Source of the DNA: an uncultured candidate division Zixibacteria bacterium
GTDB lineage: Bacteria; Zixibacteria; MSB-5A5; GN15; PGXB01
Direction of reading: 5' to 3'
Length of the DNA: 64,000 nt
Assembly (NCBI GenBank): GCA_963702205.1
Contig: OY969724.1
Location: forward strand, 192,001 to 256,000
Each line of letters starts with the position of its first letter. Position 1 is the first letter of the stretch. The position numbers were made by a program, and so were the translations under genes. The notes under the pieces are model-generated. The model had not been told where the DNA came from. It did no database searches and saw only the letters and a program-made list of their open reading frames with translations. This document shows, piece after piece, positions 19,763 through 28,800 of this stretch.

Positions 19763-20626
19763 TCAGCCGAGAATCTTGATCTTGGCCAGGATATCCGGCC
19801 GAGTGATGCCTTGCCCCAGTTCCGACCAGACGAGCCAGCCGGTCTTGAAGCGGGTTTTTTGCTCGATGGCCTCGGTCTTGAGGTTCTCGCGCACCGGCAT
19901 CTTGCCCACCTCCTCATCGGGGATGAGCAGCACCTCGTCGATGGCCTGTGCGGCGGTCAACAGAATGCCGCCGGTCCCGTAGTTCTTGATCAGACCTTTG
20001 GCACGCAACTCAGACTTGGTCTCCGGGTCCAGGTTCCAACCCCGCAGGTCATTGAAGCGGCGGCCCCGCATGACGATGTACTTCACCGTCAACTCGAGGT
20101 CCTCGATGATGGAGATCGCCTCGTTGAGCGCCTCCTCGGTGAGGGTCGCGCCGGTTACTTCAACGGTGTTGGCCGCGGGCACCGCCGCCGAAAGCACCGT
20201 AATGGTCCGCTTGTCGATCTCCTTGCGGATTTCGTCCGCGGCTGCGGTCTGGATGTCCATCAGTGTGCCGATATTGCCGTTCTTGAGCACCGAAACGTCG
20301 ACCATGGGCGCGGAGTGGATACGGTTGGTGGGAAACTCCACTTCGTCCTTGCCGACCTCCTGCTCCTGAGCCTCGCCCTCGGTGGAAATCCAGTAGGCCT
20401 TTACTTTGGGCTTCTTCTGGTAGAGAGGACGCTCGCCCTTGGGCAGGGTGTGCTTCGTGAGCAGCAGCGAAGAGATCTCCTTGCGTTTGATCTCCTGTTC
20501 GATGGGCTCGGAGATGGCGGCGGCCAGCGCCCGCATCCCCTCCGGGGACTCGAGCGCCTCGGACATCAGGCGCGCCATCGTCTCCATGTATTCTTGGCTG
20601 TGCACGTTCATGCGGATCGTCTCCAT
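19763..20626 (-). CDS. Major capsid protein (probable HK97 fold)
   Basis: 287 aa after protease/scaffold and decoration genes; AYWISTEGE, AADEIRKEID, ITRPD.LAKI; strong RBS. Confidence 0.8.
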   Translation of the reverse strand: METIRMNVHSQEYMETMARLMSEALESPEGMRALAAAISEPIEQEIKRKEISSLLLTKHTLPKGERPLYQKKPKVKAYWISTEGEAQEQEVGKDEVEFPTNRIHSAPMVDVSVLKNGNIGTLMDIQTAAADEIRKEIDKRTITVLSAAVPAANTVEVTGATLTEEALNEAISIIEDLELTVKYIVMRGRRFNDLRGWNLDPETKSELRAKGLIKNYGTGGILLTAAQAIDEVLLIPDEEVGKMPVRENLKTEAIEQKTRFKTGWLVWSELGQGITRPDILAKIKILG

Positions 20627-20644
20627 TTCGTTTTCCTCCTTTAA

Positions 20645-21013
20645 TCAGATGAACAGCCGGAACTTGATCGTTCCGCCGGAGACGGAGACGGCCCGAGCGA
20701 TGACTTCTTCGCCCGCCTGCACGCCCGCGGTGAGTTTGCCGCTGCCCGAGACCTTCAGGTCGTCGCCGGGATTCACGGTCCCCTCGAAGACGTCGGTTTC
20801 ATAAACGCCGCCCATGCAGTAGATGCCGGGCATCTCTCCGTTCTTGTAGTCCTTGATCAGAATGCCGAAGGACTTGGCCGTCGGCGTGGTGTTCACGGCG
20901 AAGAGGTCGTTGCCGACGATCCTCACCACCTGGCCGAGTTGGCCGTCGCCCTGCAGGTAGCCGTCGCCGTAAGCGAGGCCCCGGTGATTGGGATTGATGA
21001 AAGCCATGGTCAT
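20645..21013 (-). CDS. Putative capsid decoration protein
   Basis: 122 aa, Gly-rich beta protein between scaffold and capsid. Confidence 0.65.
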   Translation of the reverse strand: MTMAFINPNHRGLAYGDGYLQGDGQLGQVVRIVGNDLFAVNTTPTAKSFGILIKDYKNGEMPGIYCMGGVYETDVFEGTVNPGDDLKVSGSGKLTAGVQAGEEVIARAVSVSGGTIKFRLFI

Positions 21014-21023
21014 TCCTCCTTTG

Positions 21024-21614
21024 TCAGTTGGTCGAAACCGGTTCGCCGGTCGCGGACGCCACTCGTTGCCGGTAGGCGGCCATGAAGCCGCTCTTCAGCC
21101 GGTCCTCGAGACTCGTCTTCTTGTCTTCGATGTCCTTCGGACGTACGCCCGCATCGCTGCGTAAGGGCGGATCGTCGCATGTGCGTGAACCCTTCGCGGT
21201 TTCCGCGGGAGCACTGCGGTCATTGGCGTCCTTGTCGTCGGCGTGGGCACGAGGACCGCCCTTGAGCATTCGCTCGAAAGCGGCTTCGCTGGCTGCAAAG
21301 GCGTCGTCGGAAAGTCCGGCCAGACGGGTGAGTTCCTGCTCGCGCTCCTCGTCGGACTCGAAGGCCAGACCGTTTTTCTCGATCTTGCGCAGAAGCTTCT
21401 GGGCCCGGCTCCTGTTCGCGGCGGCCTTCCTTTCAGCTTCCAGTTCCTCGAGCTGCTTCTGCAGGCCGAGCACCTGCTGCTTGAGTTCCTTGTTCTCTCG
21501 CTCCAGTTCCTTGATGCGGGTCTTGTCATCGGGCGCGGTCCCGCCGCCGCCGTCGTCCTTCTTCTTGGCGGCTTCCAGCGCTCGTTCCTCGGTTTCCTTG
21601 TGTTTCTCGTCCAT
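21024..21614 (-). CDS. Probable internally initiated scaffold protein (196 aa)
   Basis: AAGGAGGT-6nt-ATG in frame at 21614, just ahead of the coiled coil. Confidence 0.7.
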   Translation of the reverse strand: MDEKHKETEERALEAAKKKDDGGGGTAPDDKTRIKELERENKELKQQVLGLQKQLEELEAERKAAANRSRAQKLLRKIEKNGLAFESDEEREQELTRLAGLSDDAFAASEAAFERMLKGGPRAHADDKDANDRSAPAETAKGSRTCDDPPLRSDAGVRPKDIEDKKTSLEDRLKSGFMAAYRQRVASATGEPVSTN

Positions 21615-24600
21615 TGTCGGACCTCCTTCAGAGTGGGTTGTCGAACCATCGTTTTCCGCCGCGGCGACCTTCAGGATGCGGGCGTTCTCGTCCGCGCCTT
21701 TGCGGTCGAGCAACCCGAGCCCTGTGAAGGTGACTCCGTGGAGAATTTCGTAGACGGGCTGCCCCTGGAGCTCGCCGCCCTTGTTCTTGCGCAGGTGGAC
21801 GCAGTAGTCGCTCTTCGAGGCGACCCTTTTACCGCAGACCGAACACTCACCTTCTTCGTAATCGCACTCCATGGAGACCTGCGAGATGATCCCTTTGCGG
21901 ATGAGCTTGTAAGCCAACTGAGCATGCGGGCTGTCGGAGACATAGAGTTCCCCCGCGCACTCGATCCGGCCGCCGCTTTCGTCCTCGACGTAATCCGCCC
22001 CCACGATGCCGCCGACGATGTCGGTGAAATCCTGGGAATGCTTCAGGTCGATCTTCTTGTTGATCGCCGTCATGTAACGGGCGGCCAGTTCGTCGGGGGT
22101 GAAGTGGTCGCCGTTCTTGTTCGTGCCGGCCCGGCAGAGAATGAAGGTGAACTGCGGATCGCCCGCGGCCTGGTCCAATGCCGCCGCTTCGGTCTGAAGT
22201 CGCGTGAACGCATCGAACGACAGATCTACCGGAAACGAGGTGTGACATGCCGCCGGCGTCTGTGTGTCGGCCTTGGAGCGCGCCGCGCCTCGGGACTTGG
22301 AGGCGACGAAGAGCAGTTCTCGGGCGTGTTTGCCTTCCCGGCCGATGTCCTTGGCGATGTTGTAGTCCACTTCCATGCCGCGGACTCGGACAAGGCCGTA
22401 GTGCTCGGCGAAGATTTCTTTGATTTCCTCCTCCCGCGGAAAAGCCCGGTCGCGGTATGACAGGAGCACCGTGCCGTACTTGCCGCGGGCGTCGGCCGCC
22501 AATGTTTCCATGAGGGAACGGATCGATTCCTTGGTGTAGCGCGTCCGCGACGGATAACTGCGGCGGGGATTGTCTTGGAGTTCCTTGTCCGCCCAGCGGG
22601 TCATGAGACCCTCGATGAAATGCAGGGAGTCCTCGTAGTCGTTGCTGCCGAACTCGGTGACGTAAGGCGGGTCCAGATACAGAACGTCCGCGCCGAATCG
22701 CCGGACCGCTTCCGCCGCGTCCAGGTTGAACGCCTTGCACTCTTTGCCGTTGTCGAACACCAGCCGGTTGAGCTGGCTCACCGAGCGTCGGAACGACTCG
22801 ATGAACTTGGACAGCGGCGGGTTGGAGAGCTGGGATTGCTCCAAGCTGGCATCCGTGTCGAGATCGGCTTTGCGGTGCATCTTGGACCGCGAGAACTGAC
22901 CGAAGGCACTCTTGGCCTTGACGGTGGTGCCGAGCGCCGCCAGCGCCAGGTCTTTCTTGTAGCCGTGAAGCTTCTGACTGTTCGCCCAGACTTGGTCCAG
23001 CCACCGGAGCACCGGTTTTGTGTAGTAGTACCCGTAGAAGTGATCCACGATGAACGTGCCTGCGTCCGGGTTGGAGGCAAGGATTCGGTCCACATCCTCG
23101 TCGCTCAGAGTCTCGCTGGAGTTTTCCACCACGGCCCGCGCCAGATGGTGGGGATAGCGCAGGAGGTCGTTGGTGATGACCTTCAATCCTTTGCGCTTGA
23201 AGTGGTAGGCGACGTTGGCCCCGCCAGAAAAGGCATCGAGGATGCTTTCCGCGTCCTTCGGGACATGGCTTTCGATCCAGCCGAGCATCAGGTACTTGCT
23301 GCCCATGAAACCGGTGACGCGGACCGATTCCGCTTTCCCGGCCTGGCAGCTCAAGAGGTCCAGCGATTCGCCAAGCGGAGCGTCCGCCAGAGCGATCAGG
23401 TTCTCCTCCACGCGCAGGGCTGAATCGACGGCCCGTCCGGCTTCGTGTTTGTCGATCCACTCCTTGGCCTTCTCCTTGGTCCAGCCGTCCGGGTTCTTTT
23501 CCGTCTTGCGAACGAACCGGTATGCCTGCAGCACCATGGAGCGCGGGTTACCGCCCTCGGGCACGAACTCCTTCTTCAAGCGTCCGATGATGATCGCCAC
23601 GCCGTCGACACCCTCCAGGGGCTTGCGGCGGAAACTGTCGGGTTCGAACTCGTCCGGGTCCCGGACGCGGAAGCGAACCTCGTTCTCGGTTTCCTCCCAG
23701 ATGGCTTCTGCCCGTAGGCTGTCCTCTTCGGACGCCTTGGCGGACCGCTCCGCGCCCTCGGCTCTGCGGCAGATGAACAGGCGTTCCTTGGCGTGGGACG
23801 CCTCGCCGTGCCGCGATGTGATGGCGTAATGGTGATCGTGGGAGCGCATCGACGAATCCCGTCCCATGGAGGCGATGATCCGCCGCATCTCCGATTCGTT
23901 CGGATAGGCGTGGTCCCGGTAGGAAATGAGCCAGTGCGGGAAGTGCTTGGAGTTGCCGAGGAAGGACTCGAAGAACTCCGCGGCGTTGGTGCGGGTCACG
24001 GTCTTGTGGTCGGTCTCGTAGTGTTTGGTCTTGGAGTCTTTGACAAGGCTCAGCCCCTCCCAATAGGTCATCAGCCCTTCCACGAAGTGGTAGGATTTTT
24101 CGTAGTTGGTGGTCGAGAACTCCGTGGCGTAGGGCGGATCGAAATAGGCCAGGTCGGCCTTGGCGACCGGCAGGAAATCGTTGATGTCCTTGCGGGACGC
24201 CTTGCACTCCTTGCCGTTGTCGAAAACGAGGGCATTGATGCGGGCCACGTTCTTGCGCAGCCGCTCCTTGAATTCCTCCGGGGTGTCCTCGCGCTTGCCG
24301 TAGCGGGTCGACGACGAGAAATGCCCGAAGCCGCCCTTGCCGGACATGCAGGTCTTGCCCAGAGCGAACAGGGCGATGTCTTTCTTGAAGCCCGAGAGCT
24401 TGTCGACGTTGGCCCGGATCGTGTCAATCAGACCGTGGACGCCCTTGGCGAAGAAGATGCCCTTGAAGTTGTCTCGGACGAAGGTGCCCGCCTTCGGGTT
24501 GTCGGCGAGCAGCGCTTCAATATCCTCGTCACCGAGCCGGACGTTGTCGTTCTCGATGATCGCCCGGGCCGCATGATGGCAGTAGCGCAGCCGGTCGTTG

Positions 24601-24887
24601 GCCAGGACCTGCAGGCCCTTGGTCTTGTACATGTAGGCCACGACAGCCGAACCCGAGAAGGCGTCGGCCGCGGATTCCACCCCCTCCGGAGTGTGTTTCC
24701 ATATCCAGTCGACCAGCTTCTGCTTCGAGCCGATGTAGTTGGTGATGTATTTCGGCCGCTGTTCCGGCGACGGCTCTTCGGCAGCCGCCTCGGCCTGGGC
24801 CTCGAGCGCCTCGAAGTCCAGGTCAAGGGCGGCGTCCGTCTCCAAGAGGAAAGCCAGCCGTTCACGGTCGGTTGAGAAAAGCTCCAT
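21024..24887 (-). CDS. Fusion of two Dam-like N6-adenine DNA methyltransferase domains, a putative prohead protease and a scaffold
   Basis: NYIGSK/DAFSGS/FDPPY and GFMGSK/DAFSGG/LDPPY; then TNKNGD.F..DLKH..VSMEC..CSVC..C.H..FTGLGL and a coiled-coil tail; occupies the protease/scaffold slot. Confidence 0.85.
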   Translation of the reverse strand: MELFSTDRERLAFLLETDAALDLDFEALEAQAEAAAEEPSPEQRPKYITNYIGSKQKLVDWIWKHTPEGVESAADAFSGSAVVAYMYKTKGLQVLANDRLRYCHHAARAIIENDNVRLGDEDIEALLADNPKAGTFVRDNFKGIFFAKGVHGLIDTIRANVDKLSGFKKDIALFALGKTCMSGKGGFGHFSSSTRYGKREDTPEEFKERLRKNVARINALVFDNGKECKASRKDINDFLPVAKADLAYFDPPYATEFSTTNYEKSYHFVEGLMTYWEGLSLVKDSKTKHYETDHKTVTRTNAAEFFESFLGNSKHFPHWLISYRDHAYPNESEMRRIIASMGRDSSMRSHDHHYAITSRHGEASHAKERLFICRRAEGAERSAKASEEDSLRAEAIWEETENEVRFRVRDPDEFEPDSFRRKPLEGVDGVAIIIGRLKKEFVPEGGNPRSMVLQAYRFVRKTEKNPDGWTKEKAKEWIDKHEAGRAVDSALRVEENLIALADAPLGESLDLLSCQAGKAESVRVTGFMGSKYLMLGWIESHVPKDAESILDAFSGGANVAYHFKRKGLKVITNDLLRYPHHLARAVVENSSETLSDEDVDRILASNPDAGTFIVDHFYGYYYTKPVLRWLDQVWANSQKLHGYKKDLALAALGTTVKAKSAFGQFSRSKMHRKADLDTDASLEQSQLSNPPLSKFIESFRRSVSQLNRLVFDNGKECKAFNLDAAEAVRRFGADVLYLDPPYVTEFGSNDYEDSLHFIEGLMTRWADKELQDNPRRSYPSRTRYTKESIRSLMETLAADARGKYGTVLLSYRDRAFPREEEIKEIFAEHYGLVRVRGMEVDYNIAKDIGREGKHARELLFVASKSRGAARSKADTQTPAACHTSFPVDLSFDAFTRLQTEAAALDQAAGDPQFTFILCRAGTNKNGDHFTPDELAARYMTAINKKIDLKHSQDFTDIVGGIVGADYVEDESGGRIECAGELYVSDSPHAQLAYKLIRKGIISQVSMECDYEEGECSVCGKRVASKSDYCVHLRKNKGGELQGQPVYEILHGVTFTGLGLLDRKGADENARILKVAAAENDGSTTHSEGGPTMDEKHKETEERALEAAKKKDDGGGGTAPDDKTRIKELERENKELKQQVLGLQKQLEELEAERKAAANRSRAQKLLRKIEKNGLAFESDEEREQELTRLAGLSDDAFAASEAAFERMLKGGPRAHADDKDANDRSAPAETAKGSRTCDDPPLRSDAGVRPKDIEDKKTSLEDRLKSGFMAAYRQRVASATGEPVSTN

Positions 24888-24989
24888 TCGGTTCTCCGGT
24901 CATGTCGCGACCAAATCCGGTTAATGCCGGTGGGCGGTCGGCCCGCGCTCGGGGCGAACCCCGAAATCAGGCCGATAGCCCTGTCGCTT

Positions 24990-25022
24990 GGATACCTACC
25001 GGAGGCCGTTGAAAAGTGTCGG
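24990..25022 (-). promoter_or_regulatory. Phage bipartite promoter motif, copy 4
   Basis: CCGAC-N15-CCGGTAGGTATC upstream of the MTase-protease gene. Confidence 0.78.
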
Positions 25023-25030
25023 AGGGGGAA

Positions 25031-25375
25031 TCAGGAGATGCGGCCCGACTTGATCCGGTCGATGACCGACCGGGCGCAGGCCTCTGCTGAAGGGTGTTCG
25101 TCAGTTTCGAGTACGGGACCGCGCATGCCCCGATATTGGGAAAGGGTGCCCTGGTGGTAAGCCAGAAAATCGTCGGGCAAGCTGCGGACGCCTTGCTCCA
25201 CCAGCCGGTTGACCACCCACCGCGTGTCTTCCTCAGCGTCGGCGTTTCCGGGCAGGAACTCGATCACCAGGTCCAAGCCCGGTCCGGGGCCCTGAACCCA
25301 GACGCCGACGGGTTCGTAGCGCGGTTCGCGGATACTGTCGCGGAGCGTGTACTCGATCATGTACTTGAGCTTCAT
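25031..25375 (-). CDS. Hypothetical protein (candidate immunity protein)
   Basis: ATGA-coupled to the upstream gene. Confidence 0.6.
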   Translation of the reverse strand: MKLKYMIEYTLRDSIREPRYEPVGVWVQGPGPGLDLVIEFLPGNADAEEDTRWVVNRLVEQGVRSLPDDFLAYHQGTLSQYRGMRGPVLETDEHPSAEACARSVIDRIKSGRIS

Positions 25376-25848
25376 TCCCATTCCTCCGCGATGCGGGTGT
25401 GCTCGGTCAGAAGCTCGGCGTCGATCCGCTCGAAACGTTCCCGGTTCTTTGCTTTGTAGCCGCTCCAGTGCTTCCAGTCCGCGGCCTGGTCGGGTTCCTG
25501 ATCCGGGAAGATGAACTCGATGTGGAACCTGCGGTCCCGGTCATCGATCAGATCGAGCAGGTAGGAGTCCTCCTGTGACCAGGAGACGACCTTGACGGTA
25601 TGGGCATACTGGAAGCCCTCGTTGTAGCCGAGCAATCTCAAGAGCAGCCAGAAATCGACGCGTGTCACCTCGCCCCCGGCGTCGAAGTGCGGGGCCACAC
25701 GGGTCACGGTGAACCCGTCCACGATGCCGATCCGAATCGGTGCCCGGCCTTTCTCCGCCAGCGTCATCCAGGAGCCGTCCGTATTGAACGACTCGAAGAG
25801 CGCCTGCAGACGGGCCTTCTCCTTTTCGATGAACTCTTTCATGCTCAC
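25372..25848 (-). CDS. Hypothetical acidic protein (candidate immunity protein)
   Basis: GTGA-coupled to the MuF stop. Confidence 0.6.
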   Translation of the reverse strand: MSMKEFIEKEKARLQALFESFNTDGSWMTLAEKGRAPIRIGIVDGFTVTRVAPHFDAGGEVTRVDFWLLLRLLGYNEGFQYAHTVKVVSWSQEDSYLLDLIDDRDRRFHIEFIFPDQEPDQAADWKHWSGYKAKNRERFERIDAELLTEHTRIAEEWE

Positions 25849-28800
25849 CTCACCAGCACGATGTCCTCGACCTTGCGGCCGTCGGGCAGCTTCATGATTT
25901 TGCGGTTGCGAAACACATCCAGCAGTCGTTGCTTCTCCCGCTCGCTTCCGACCACGATCACGTCGATGTTATCCAGCAAGGTCACCGAATATTTGAAAAT
26001 AGTCTCGTTGCCGCTGCGACGGGCGAACTGCTTCCATTCCTCTGGGTTGCTCCCTCGGTGGTTCGAGACGTACTCGTCCCGCACCCGTCCGAAGGCGTCG
26101 TGGTCGTAGCTGATTGCGTCCATGCGCCGGAGCATCCGTTTCTTGAAGTAGAGTCCTGTGTCGGACGATCCTCCGGTCGTCGGGAGCTTTTTGATCCGGG
26201 TGAAGAAGTAGCTCGCTCCGCCGGTGTCCATGTCGGCTTCCGGAGACATCCCGCCCACCGGCACCCCGGCGCGTAGCTTCTCGACCGTACTCACCATGGC
26301 TCCGTTGTTTCCCAGCGCCGCGTCGATGAACGACACCGCGTCCTCGCCGTTGGTCAGTCGGTGGTGGAGGCCGTACCCCTTCATCTGTTTCTCGATATCC
26401 GCGTCGGATATATCAAAGCGGTATTGATGCCGGTAGCCGGCGCGCTTGGCGGGGTCCTTGAATGCAGCCTGGTATTCGCCCATGGGGTCGTAGCCCGGCA
26501 TGCGGGTGATGTCCTTCACTTCGAGCCGTTTCTCCCAGAAGCCGCGTATTTCCTGGACGCGTTCTTCCTTGCCCGCGGCCCGGCGATCCAGGTCCTCGAC
26601 CAGCCGCTTGTAGTCCGGTTCGCGATCCACCTTGGCGAGGTATGCTTGCTTGTGAAGATAGAGAAGCTCGGCATCCTGTGGTGTGGCCGCACCGGCCTTG
26701 ATGCCCAACGATTCCATCCGTTCCATGGCCCGCTCGAGACTCTTGGCGTCAGGTCTGTCCGGAAGGACCAGTTCGAATTCGCCCTGTTGGGCATAGAGGT
26801 TTTTGTCCGACCAGGGGCGATACACGGCGCGGGTGCCGTCGCCGAAATCGATCTCGTACTGCTCGCCGGCCTTCATGGCGCGGCCGCGGAAGAGTGCCGA
26901 GTTGTCCGCCGCTTCGTCCACGACGACGAGTTCGCCGTTCTTGAGCTCCCGTTTGGCCTGAAGCACCTTAGTCCGCCGCACGGTGAAGGGAGCGTCCTTC
27001 GATTTCTTTTCCGGCGCGGCGTGTTTCTTGAGATAGGCATCGAAGCGCCCGCCTACCGGTTTGTGTTCACGGGCGGCTTCCTGGACCTTCTCGATCCAGT
27101 CGATGTAGCTTCGGGCCATGGCCCGCTCGTCCGGGTCGGCCGAGTCGGCGAGGCGCTTCAAGGCCTTCAGGTGTTCCGTAGCCTTCTTGAGCGACCCCTG
27201 GTTGTACTGCTGGTCCGTGGCGTGGTGGTTGACCGTCTTCACCGCGGACAATATGTCCTGCGCGAAGACGTCCTGCGGCAGCGACTCGCCCACCCGCGCG
27301 GCCGCAGTATCGACTCCCGCCTTGCGCAATGTCTCCAGGAGCTTGCCTTCCGCCTCGGGCCGAACCTTCATCTTGACCACGGTCCGTTGCTTTCCCTTCA
27401 AGGTCTCGACGAATATCAGGGCGTTTTGGTCCTCGATATCATCCTCGTCGAAGGGCAGGACCTTCCCCTGCCAGCCGAGCGAACGGACCTCCTCAAGAAG
27501 CGCCTCTTCGGTCGGACCCAGGCGCGTTTTCGGCAGCGCCTCCAGCACATCCTCGAAGCGGAAATCCCGACGGCCCAGCGCGTCCGCATAAAAATTCTCG
27601 AAATCGTGGCGCAGGTTCCGTTTCCGCGCCAGGACGGTGTCGTAGAATGCCTGCTTGCGGGACTCGTCCCGCCCGAACCGTCCCTCGGCATAGGGGCGCA
27701 GGATGGCCAGGTAGTCCTCATCAGCGATCTTTTCCACTTCGCGGATGTAGCGAAGGGTCGCCGCGGGGTCGACCTTGACCTTGCCTTCCTTGGCGGCGCG
27801 GAAAACCGTATTGTAAAAAGGTTCTTGTTCGCCGTACTTGGCGTTCGGGTGATAGTCGATGGCCAGACGGTCCTCGCCCAGGTATTTGAAGATCTGCCCC
27901 TTGTCGATGCCGTAGACCTTCCCGTCACGACCCCGCAGGAATTGCTTGGCATGGCCGTCATGGTTGGAGATCAGCCAGTCGACGACGTGCTCCCGCTGAA
28001 TCTGCTCGATGTCGAGGGTGGTGAGGTCCGAGAGGTCCAAGCCTGCGAAGTCGAAGCTGTCCTTGAGATCGGCCCGCCACTTCTGGATGGAGCCGAGGCG
28101 TCCGGTCATACGGATGGTTCGGACCTCCACGGCGTCCGGATCGATGAGCCGCCCGATCTTGTAGGCTGCCTCCTCTCCGTAGGCGATGAACTCGTCACCG
28201 GCCCGTTCCACCGGCTTGAAGAGCCAGCGGTCACCCGCTTCATCGGTCCAGAACTCCTTGCTGTGCGCGCCGCCGACCTGCGCCTTGCCCGCGGACGTGA
28301 AGTTCCCCGGCTTTCCCTTGGCGATCCAGGCCGCGTCCGCCTCCTCGAACTGCGTGCCTTTCTTAGTGAAAGTCGGTGGAGAGGGTGGTGTCGGTTTCGG
28401 AGTCGGCGCGGGCTTCGCCGATTCGGGCGCGGCGACCTTCTTTTTGCCTCCGTGCTTTTCCAACCAGGCGGCGTGTTTCGTTTCGATGCCGGTCTTGGCA
28501 GCCTCGATCTTGGCCGGGTCGGTCTCCGTAAGCAGAGTGACAAGCTCGTCCTTGTTCGCCCACTGCCAGTGCTTGAGCTTGGTGTCCTTGGCCAGGGTCT
28601 TGAGGTCGCCGACCTTCATGGACGCGACCTGGTCCTGGAAAAGCTTTTTCTTGAGGGCGAGCTCCTTGGCGTGTCCTTCGAGCATTTCCTTTGGCAGACT
28701 TGGTGATGCAGACATCGCCGCCTCCGCCTCTTTCACCGCTGAAAGGAAGTCGGCGTATCCTGCGGGGGAGTCCGGCACGATCACCTTCGCAGCAGTCTGT

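Noticed and set aside
21024..24887. Restriction-modification system
   Set aside because: No recognisable endonuclease nearby; the MTases are part of a head-assembly ORF
26361..28706. Long plus-strand ORFs (781 aa here, 750 aa at 41590, others)
   Set aside because: Antisense shadows of GC-rich genes, with no recognisable motifs
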